Shown in pieces: positions 54,801-64,000 of a DNA stretch of 64,000 nucleotides. Numbering within the stretch: position 1 is the stretch's first letter; each line of letters opens with the position of its first letter. The notes under the pieces are model-generated. The model had not been told where the DNA came from. It saw only the letters and a program-made list of their open reading frames with translations, and did no database searches. The position numbers were made by a program, and so were the translations under genes. Origin of the DNA: Ascidiella aspersa (Eukaryota); contig OZ004612.1 of the NCBI GenBank assembly GCA_963924565.1, positions 12,400,001 through 12,464,000 of the forward strand. The letters are read 5' to 3'.

Positions 54801-57800
54801 TGTAAAAAGAAGATATGACAGAAAACTGTTACGTGTGTAAATACTGTTGAGAAAATTATTTTAGTTATCATAATTTGTTTTTGTATGATTTTCTGTGCAG
54901 TTTAGGTAGATACAGTGTTATGACTTCAGTCGTTTTGATAAAATGATTTGAATCAAGTCTTGTGGACAAATGACTTAGGTTGAAAATTTACTGTAAAATT
55001 AAGATATTTATCTTAAGTTTTGCACATAAAACGATTAGATTGCAACCAATTATATTGTTCATATTCAGACAAGTTTACCAGTTTCAATACTTTATTATTC
55101 TGTTATAATATCAGTTATTGACTTAGAGATGACTTGCTCGAATAGCAATATGACTTGACTGAGACTTGACTTGGCAACTAATGACTTGGGCTGGGACTTT
55201 TAGTATGACATATCATTTTAAAGATGTAAAAAAAAAGCTTTCTAAAAATCCTTACTCGTGAATTGACTCTGTGTTCTCCTTGTGCTCCCATGCGTCTTTG
55301 AAGAAAGTGCTGTAGACCTCTGCCTGGTGGCGATGACGTGATGAGGCACTCACAAACTTAGCGCTTAGCTCGTCGGCCAGGGCGTTGCCGGCGACTACAA
55401 GCCTTCGTGCACCTCCATCTTGTTGAAAGAAGGCAGTGGCCGGGGGTCGGTCCTCATTTGGCGAAACGCAGAGAATTAGCAGGGGATAGGCACTGGCTGT
55501 GTGGTTGGCAAAAACCTTGGAAGAGAATAAGTTCATTAAGTTGGTTAATTTCTCCTCTATCACAGTGAGACCAAAAGCATGGCTTTTAAAAATAGATGAA
55601 ATGATTTTTACCAACAAAAAGAACTGAATTAATTTAACAATTTAGTACAGATGTCCGATTCTTTGACATTTTATACGATACTGAGAGGCAATTTTTATCA
55701 GTAAACTATCACAATTTAATCAGATACCAAATGATGTAAGCAAATTACATTTTTCAAAAGTATTTGTTTGGGGATATAAGGCCAAAATTTGCCGCAGCGT
55801 TAAGGGATTTAGTTATCCCCAGTTGTTTATCTACTATGGTTTGATATATTACCTAAATCATAGAATACTCCCTATATTAATTTAGTATTGGATTGGCACT
55901 TATACCACACTAGTATCGGTAAAATACATGTTTAACCATTTGACATTAGGTATCAACTCCCTATTATATACCCAATAAAATTATATACCTAATACATATT
56001 AATTTAGTAAGAGTAAAGATAAATTAGCTTAGAAAAATAAGTATAAAATTACATAAAAACATATTTAGCTAACTTCAAAAATCAAGAAAAATACAAACAG
56101 TAAGATACTGACCTTCATTATTGAAAAGGAGCTATTGCGCAGATTGTCGTACACCAGCATGAACCCATGCACGGGAGTTCCCTTGCTCATAAGGTGTCGT
56201 GCCGACTGGTAAGAGGTCACAGTGACGGCGATCCTGCGTCGCTGGGTGCCAAGGTACGTAACGACGACCAGGGTGTCTTCGGTTGCCTCATCCTCTTCAA
56301 CAATGATGCCCGAGTCGTAAAAAGACGAGTGATTGAGTAATGGGGCGAGAGCCACCTCGGCAGTCAGATTGTCATCTGGAATTAGAGGAGCAATAAAATG
56401 TTAAACCGTAAAAAATTGATAACAAAACAACTTTTATGATGGAACACACACAAGCTTTGTACAAATTATTAGTAAATATCCATAAATCACTCAAAAGGAG
56501 ATTACAGTGCATTAAGCTAGCGCGGAATTTAAACTTATTTCAGGCTGAGCGGGATTAAAAGTCAAACAAAATTCAACATGCAGCGAAAAAAAAAATTTAT
56601 CCACAAAATTTTGCCTGATGACAGCCTTGTTGTAACTATTAGAACTGGCTCTTCTGATAAAGATTGTTATTATAAGGTACAACTTCTACAATAAACTCAA
56701 CTAAATAGCGTTTTGCTTAAGTTTTAATGTGCCCTTAAGTCTATTTCCCCTGGCTGGGATTTATGTAACTTCTTTTTATTCAGCTTTCAATTAAACAATT
56801 TTGCCTTGTTATAAAAATGAAGGTAAATAGATGTGCAATATTGCCTGGCAAGAACGGAAAAATTTGGCATAACCTCTACAACACTTAACTTATTTTGGGG
56901 AATAAGAACAAATAATTCCAAATACATAAAAAATCATCTCTTCTGACTGGGAACATCTTAATGCAATACCATAGCGATGAACTCACCGTGTCTTGTGCAC
57001 ATTACAATGCGAAGGTCAGGAGGTCCTTGCATTGGATCCAAACCAAGGCCTCCAGGGGCCTGTTCCGCATCGGCATAGCTGTTTCGACCGCTTCCAGCTC
57101 TTTCCTTGATCCCTTCAACCAGAGACTTCATCGCCATGCGGATTTGCGAGTCATGGAAACGGCGGTTGTAAGCGTACTCGGGTCCGAGTACATCAATAAA
57201 TGGACATCCGATTCTGGAGGCTAACCTCTCGCCAGCATCACGCAACTGGTGAGCCTAAGTAGAAAATAATATTTTACATCAACTTAACAATTACGGTGAA
57301 TTAACAGTTAAAAACTTAACAAATGTATTAATTATTTTCGATAATGTTAAATACTGCACAATACATTGTAACAATTAAAGCATAACCAAAGACTTCAAAT
57401 ATAAAGTATTAGCAATATGTACTTTAAAATATAGCGAAATATATTTGTGTGTTTTGTCTTTTTTAAGTTGCAGGTATGCCTTTACCAATATATTAAACTG
57501 CTGTTGTATTTTTTTACTTACATCCTTTTCTTTATCAGAGTAGCAAGCCAACAAAATAGAAATAGGAAGACCCTGAAACGGTGGCACCTCATTTGATTCA
57601 GGAGCAGCAACTACAAGTTTTTCTAAACTTCGCTCAATGTACCTACAAAAACAGTTCAAGTTAATGTTTAGGTCAGTGGTCGGCAAACTTTTTTGTCACG
57701 TTTTTTTTTGTCAAAGGATTCTTTTCAGAGCTATTGAAGGCCCGCTATGTACAACCAGTACGAAAACAGTGGCGGATTCAGGATATTTGTATAACACGGC

Positions 57801-60800
57801 ACCTTGATGGCCAAAACACCGACACACCATAATGTATGACATACTATAAAACGAAGAAGATAGGCGCGAAGCGCAAACAATTTTGCGTTTATATAATTAA
57901 AGTTGGCAAAAAATATAGTTCGACAGGTAGGCTAATCAGGACCACATTTGGCACGTGGGTCTGAACCACACTGAGACAATATAAAAGTTCTGAAACAACA
58001 TATAATTTTAAAACAAAGTGCAATGAATGTACATTGAACGGCTATCACGCAGACCACAACTACATGTTAACACTAAGTTATTCAAAAGTAACTCGCGACC
58101 CCTAAAAATGGCTCTGTGGCTCACATTTGGGCTGCGGCCCACAGTTTGCCGACCACTGGTTTAGGTTAAGGAATTAGGGATAGTTGTGAATAGATCACAG
58201 GTTATTTAGACAAGATTCTGAACGTTTAGGTATTCCTGATTTAGGCTTTTAAGATTATTAGGAGGCTATTAGGTTGTGTGATATTGAGGTTATTCTAATT
58301 TCAGTCTTATTGCTTGAAGTCTATTTTCCAATCTATGAAAAACGTATTGTAATCTCAAACCTCAGCGATTCCATAGATGAATAAACTGCGATGCACCCGT
58401 GTGGTGAGAAAGATGAAATTTGAAAAGTGTTAGCTGGCAGAGTGACGTCGCCGTCAATAATACGCAATCGAGGTCCGTGAATATATCCGTCTAAAGTGTA
58501 CTCATCATCTGAGGTACGAACCTGTGTCAGAATCAAAAGAGATGTTATCTTTAATTGTCAATGATTAGATTTTCTGGCTGATACAACATTGTTTTACAAT
58601 AGTTGTAATAAAATTAAAAAAACAAGGGTAATGTAAGGGTTGTCCTGATTTTATTTGTGGAGCAGTGAATCTATAAACGGTTAAAAATAGTTCATTTGAA
58701 ATGCACAAGCTAAAATTCGTTGTCAAGTATACAAAACAACCAAAGTAACTTTTTAAACAAATATCAGAGGTTACTTCAACAAAAAGTCATTACTGTTTAA
58801 AACCCGGATGGTAATATATATAAAAAGTAGTGGTGTACCTGTAGTAAGGTAAAAAAGAGTGTTGTAACTAAAGTAAGAGTAATTGCAGATTAAACTTATC
58901 AAAGAAAAACAGATCTAATGACCGTAATTTCATTAGCAAGGTCATTTGATAGTCCATCAGCACCGAGTACAACAATGTTCAAAGTGTCAGAATCAGGTTT
59001 GAGCTGCCAGCGAAGACCGGGAGCAAATGGCTTGCCACTCTCGTCTTGGCAGCAGGGCTTGGCAACCCGGTGAGCGGCAACTGCTTTGGCAAGACACTTG
59101 GCACCCCAGTTGTCGGTCGGTGGATACCGTGCCTCAGTCACATGGCGTGTAAGAATGTCGTCTCGTTCTTTTTGCAGTCTCGCCATAGCTATGTATCTGG
59201 AGTATTGAAACAATTTTTTTTTACACAGGTCACTTCAATGCATTTTGTTGGTGCAAGTCAAAATATCAGACATTGGTGTAACTAATTTCAGCTATAACCT
59301 TACTTTATTGTAATTGTTTGATTTAAATAATTTCATATATAAAACCACCAATTCAAAACTATTCATATGTTCAACTGATATATTCTCAGTATATTGAGTG
59401 CATACCACACTCAATTTACAGCTAAACAGGTCATGTCAAGAAACTCACAGGCTTAAAAAATTCCTATATACAGTAGATAACTTACCTGGAATCATTCTTC
59501 AGAGCATCGTTAATTCCCATAAGGGTATTATCAACATTTGGGGCAAATATCTCAGATTTTTCGTATAACAGTTCTTGAAAATCCTCCTTTGCCTTTTCAA
59601 CGATTTCAGCCTAAGCAAAGCCAGGGAATTTAACCAGCAGAAAATAAACTTATACAGGAGAAAATTCAAACAGAAGAAAATAAACTTAAAAAAGGTTTGG
59701 AGTAAATATTGCAAACAATAGTATCAATTTAACGCTTACTTGAAACTGTTCGTAAATTGTTGACAGTTCCGATTCAGTAATCTCAGAAAGAAACTCGTAT
59801 TGCTTGAAAAACTTGAACACGTCTCCCCATTCTCGCCCTGGAGTCACCTATATGTGTCACAAAAATATTCAGAGATACTCAAGCAGCCGCTTTATTTAGA
59901 AAAAATGCCTATAGTAAACTAATTAGAATGGATCAACACTTGTACAGATGTCATTGGGACTAGAGCAGAGACTTTAAATGCTATTCAGGGCTTCATTTAA
60001 CATTTATTTTTGACACATATATCCAATACAAATAGAAAAATGTAATTGTCCTATACAAGAACTATATATATGTAGTAATATTTGAATTATATATAAGATG
60101 CAAAATCAATACAGTTATTAATAACAAAGAAGGCTTAATAATAACATTTATCTTGCTTCTTCATAAATAAAAAAAAGTCAGAATGTAGAAAACATTTTTA
60201 TCAAAGAAACATTTCAAAATGTTGTTGTAATGTTTTACATTCTTGGGAGTGTAACAAAAAAAATGCAATTATGAAAGACAACATTTGACCTTTCAACAAG
60301 TTCAACTTAAAATATCAAAAAAAAAAAAATAACTTGCATCAAAAAAAAAAAACAAGGAACAAAAAATGTAAACAAAAATGAAATTTGAAAATAACTGAAA
60401 GTGAAACTCTTCTTGGACTTACCTTCAACCTTCAAAAACATATAACGAATGAATGAAATCGCTGCAATTCGCTGCTGACATTGTAAAGAGCAAATTATAT
60501 TTCATTTTCTTTAGTGTAAATTTCTATCCAATCCAAATGTAATGATGTTTAGCGTTTGTCACAAATACCATATTACGCAAAAAATACTTTTTCAGAAGTT
60601 AAACTTTTTGTCCCCAGCTATTCAATTTAAGTGGTTAATATTGAAGTTTTAATATCTCTAGATTTGATAACACAAAGTTCAAGTTAGCACACACACACTT
60701 GCAACTGTCAGTTACAACAATCAAAATGCCGCTTTGATTGCACATAGAATTGGCTCTTAACATAATGATTGCAAAGCAAACGCAAAAAGCTAATCAGTAA

Positions 60801-63487
60801 ATTCAGCAGTATAAAGGTATCAATAACATGGTTTTCTATTAAAATATTTTTTATTGATAAACTTATGTTAAAGTTTATGTTGGTAACAAAATTGACTTAC
60901 AGAGGTATGTTTCTTATACTATACTCTCATAACACTATGCAACATTTTTGGCTAAACTTTTGACCATCCAATCAGATACTAAGTATCTTTTTACTCAGTT
61001 AAATAATACCTGATCACAGCTATAGGTTCTAATCTAATACTTCTAATGAAGTATATTGGCATTGCGAGTATCATGCAGGAATTAAAGCTCTGAACAACAC
61101 TTTGATAATTTTTTTAACTACTGACGAAATTGAACATGGAAAAGAATCGGTGAGTAATGATTTGTAAAAGTGTAGCATGTGTTTTGCATTTCAGTTCTAT
61201 CAAAGGTAGGTGTTTCAATGCTTTAAATGCCTGTGCCAAAATGAATGTGTGCTTAAAATGCAGTATATACTTAACACAGTCTAAACTGCAGATCTAAACA
61301 TTGTAGCGAAATAAGTACACACCTGTTGCGACTCCATTAACAATTCCTTGAACTGTGTTTTCAGTTCAAAGCGCCGCTGCTTGGCCTCCAGCTCCATCCG
61401 GTGGTTCTGGAAAATCAATTCGGCCTCTGCAGTTTGCAGAAGCTCAAAGGGAATCCTACGATCCTCCATTGACTTCATGTGCTCAGATTCATACCAGGGT
61501 GGATTGTGGTCTTTTCTCTCCAGCATTATTATCCAACTAAAAGCAAAATGGCTCGTTATGGTTTCAACAATTTGCTAATACAGTAATATTAATACCATGT
61601 CTTATTGGAAGGAATAAAAAAACTTTTATAAAGTTACACAAGGTAATGGTAAATTTTGTTTTATCGTTGAGAAGCTGTGTTGCAGTAAAATAAATGTAAC
61701 TGGCAAACTTGGTATGTTTTTGAATTTTACCCTGTACTCTGTATTTCAACTAATAACGTGCGTCTGGTGGTCTATATTATCTCACCTAATTACAAAAAGG
61801 CATAACATTTCTATGCAGTAGTGCAAGCGGAATGTTAAAACTGATTTCAGAGACAGCCAGACATAAATGCCAATAATTAAACATTTCTAATGAGTAAATA
61901 TTCAACCAATATATACATAATTGATTTTTCAACAGAGGTAAAGTCGTTAAAATAAATTTACCATTTCCATGTGTCACTGAAATCACCGGAGGACAAAAAT
62001 AGACAGAAAAAACACTAGCTGTCATATTTTGCCCCCAGGGCAAGGTGTCATAAAATAAAGATGTAACAGCAACGATAATAAGAACATTATCACTGTATAC
62101 CACACTTCTCACTGTTATGGAATAGAAACATTCAAACAAAACTTAATGCATGCAATGCAACCTGTGGAGTGATTGCAAAACATAAAAAAGCACAGCGATT
62201 AAAAAAGAGGGCTAATAGTCAGAAAAATGCAAACAGAACATAACTAACTAATCTGTCAAACAATTTAGCCACTTTGTAAACCTGTTTTTATTGTTTTGTA
62301 TATTAAAAAAATAAACTAACATAAGTTTAATGGTGAAAATAACGACCCAAATAGACGTAAAAAGCGACGTGCTTTATTGTTCAAACGTTTCGGCAAATGC
62401 TCATGCCATCATCAGTGATTAAACAATAAAGCATGTCGCTTTTTACGTCTATTTGGGCCATTATTTTCACCATTAAACTTATGAACAGATCTGTATAAAA
62501 ATAGTGTTCCAAACTGACATACTTTTTAAACTTTGGACTTTCAGTCATGATTGTGCGGGTTTCATTCCATGTAGGTCTTATGCATCGAGCATCAGGCAGA
62601 ATAATTTTTAGTGCTCTTGGAAGGTAGCGAAGGTATTCGCCTTGCAGTTTTAGGCGGTATTCATCTTTCAGCCGAATGACATGCTTGCGGAAAATCTTTG
62701 AAGCTGCATTTGTGCCTGCATCGCCAAAAAACTCAATTTTAGGTGTTGAACTAGAAACAGTATGTCTACCAACTGCTTAAATTTAACAAAAAAAATAATT
62801 CATACTGTCAAGTTTTTGTAAGGTTTGGAATCACTGTTATGATTAACTTTTCTGTTTGAGATCAACTTTTCATCATACAATCCTACCTTCCAGCTCAATA
62901 TATCGGATATACTGTGGCTCATCTTCAAGAGTTTTGCGAGCCACCTGCCAAGACTCTTTGTAATTGGCCACTTTGTTTTCAAGAAGCTTCTCCAGCTGCT
63001 CTTTGGCGTCCTTAAGAATGTCTCTCCTAACCAGGGCAGCATCCTCGAATGATATAATCTAGTTGGGTTGAAAAGAAAAACAAATGAAGAGAAATAATAG
63101 TTAACATTCATATATTCATTTTATTGTATATATTTTTTAGAGCACATGTTTTCCAGCAAATAAGGAAGTTGCAGCCCCAATTTGATTAAGGCAATTAAAT
63201 GCAAGACACAGCAAAATTCAGTTCACTAAGCAAACCTTTGATTTGGACCGAGTTGTCTTGTCAATTAGCTGGGCAAGATAGAGGAATGCAAGGGTGACAT
63301 TAATATTCTCTGATGCAGAGGTTTCAATGACAGCAAGTCCACTGCCCTTCTTTCCAACAGCAGTTGCCGCAAACTTCTCCACTTCATGTATAAAAGCGGG
63401 AACTGCTTCATCGCATTTCGTCAGGGCAACGACGATTGGTTTTTTGGTCTTGGCAATGTAATGGTAGCAGTTTTGCACGAATTTTAC
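36808..63487 (-). CDS. ARHGAP35: p190 Rho GTPase-activating protein (ARHGAP35/ARHGAP5-like), 5'-partial, 24 exons in window
   Basis: Exons (minus): 63487-63236, 63058-62887, 62715-62523, 61536-61323, 59847-59740, 59610-59486, 59196-58923, 58521-58361, 57642-57522, 57254-56987, 56375-56113, 55515-55256, 54567-54456, 53916-53739, 52183-52116, 51679-51530, 50887-50676, 50258-50039, 49701-49552, 46518-46332, 44378-44301, 40395-40258, 39543-39438, 36991-36808. N-terminal GTPase motifs ([22 protein letters not shown]), FF domains ([18 protein letters not shown]), pseudoGTPase segments, RhoGAP domain ([44 protein letters not shown]). Cannot be assigned to A or B paralogue. Confidence 0.92.
43132..43660. 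repeat. Diverged tandem duplication (about 320-bp period) in p190 intron
   Basis: TAGATTTGCCAGCCGCTGAAAAATAT..TGTAGTAAAA..AAGGGTTGTTTG..ATTATAAAGCAGTGA..AAAAAACAATTGT occurs at about 43132 and 43451. Confidence 0.8.
52458..52780. repeat. Tandem duplication (about 168-bp period) in p190 intron
   Basis: TAGTATC.TTGAAGATGGTCAAACTCAATAT..AATTTAACATAGATTGTACATAGATAGTAAACATGTTTCACTGCATTTTCTATA..TTGTTTCAGAGCACTAG twice. Confidence 0.85.
57674..58158. mobile_element. hAT (Charlie/Buster-type) MITE in p190 intron
   Basis: Perfect 16-bp TIR CAGTGGTCGGCAAACT / AGTTTGCCGACCACTG, perfect 8-bp TSD GTTTAGGT (57666-57673, 58159-58166). Confidence 0.9.
62324..62510 (+). mobile_element. Foldback mini-retroelement (Penelope/retrozyme-like) in p190 RhoGAP intron
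   Basis: 11-bp direct repeat AAACTAACATA (62313-62323) / AAACTGACATA (62511-62521); 62-bp inverted arms 62320-62381 / 62422-62483 (3 mismatches); hammerhead core in the 40-nt loop; 3' tail ACAGATCTGTATAAAAATAGTGTTCC. Confidence 0.8.
62381..62418 (-). ncRNA. Minimal type I hammerhead ribozyme core (HHR-2)
   Basis: Minus strand reads UCA-CUGAUGA-U-GGCA-UGAGCAUU-UGCC-GAAAC-GUU^UGA: conserved core, 4-bp helix II, palindromic AACGUU helix III, NUH site GUU, 3-bp helix I. Confidence 0.75.
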
Positions 63488-64000
63488 CTGAAAATCAAAC
63501 ATATTTTACTTGAAATATATATTTACTAGCATTTAGTTAATGGTATAAAGCCCTGTATTGCAGCTACAACTGCCAAATCTTAATATACAATGTATTATGT
63601 ATGATATTTATACAACTCAAAAGTACAATGTTCCAGGATATTTTAGACAAACTGGGTATTCAGTATTTCAATTTATAAGGAGGAAAAGTTAATAATTAAA
63701 GAGAGCAAACAGTCCAAGGCGACTGCAAATCTGTTATTGCCAGGTTTACACCATTATACCACTTTTATAATGCAACAGAAGCAAATTACTTTTATTTGTT
63801 TATTTGTCTGTTACATACTTAAAGTGGACAAGTTGCATGATAGATTATTTCTATATTATCGCACAGTTTATCATATACAAATATCTAATTGATATTTTTG
63901 GACTATACAGTTTTAAAATCATATTTAAACTTTAAAGATTTGTATTTAATGAAACAAAATCTGGTTAAACTGAAAGCAAAATCTGATTAAGCAAACTGTT

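Overview
Eukaryotic, AT-rich, intron-dense animal DNA; intron style, the MITE repertoire and the mosaic CpG pattern suggest an invertebrate chordate such as a tunicate (inference only). Four spliced genes were rebuilt by hand from GT-AG boundaries with consistent phases. (1) A complete 8-exon hydroxyproline dehydrogenase-like PRODH2 (+, 1254-4656). (2) The first four exons of a sorbitol dehydrogenase SORD (-, 7528-5310); its fourth intron runs leftwards over PRODH2, so PRODH2 appears to be nested antisense in it. (3) A complete 25-exon YLPM1/ZAP3 (-, 33572-12562, about 2096 aa). (4) A 5'-partial p190 RhoGAP (ARHGAP35/ARHGAP5-like, -, 24 exons in the window, 63487-36808). The most striking non-coding signal is a pair of about 180-190 bp foldback insertions, one in a YLPM1 intron (24662-24838) and one in a p190 intron (62324-62510). 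Each has target-site duplications, long inverted arms, a minimal type I hammerhead ribozyme core on the host sense strand and a shared 3' terminal motif, so they look like Penelope/retrozyme-type mini-retroelements sitting next to splice sites. Also present: a self-nested GG-terminal MITE with telomere-like G-tracts upstream of YLPM1, several hAT-type MITEs with nnnTAnnn TSDs, a TA-flanked MITE, tandem duplications, and CpG-poor to CpG-rich switches inside gene bodies.
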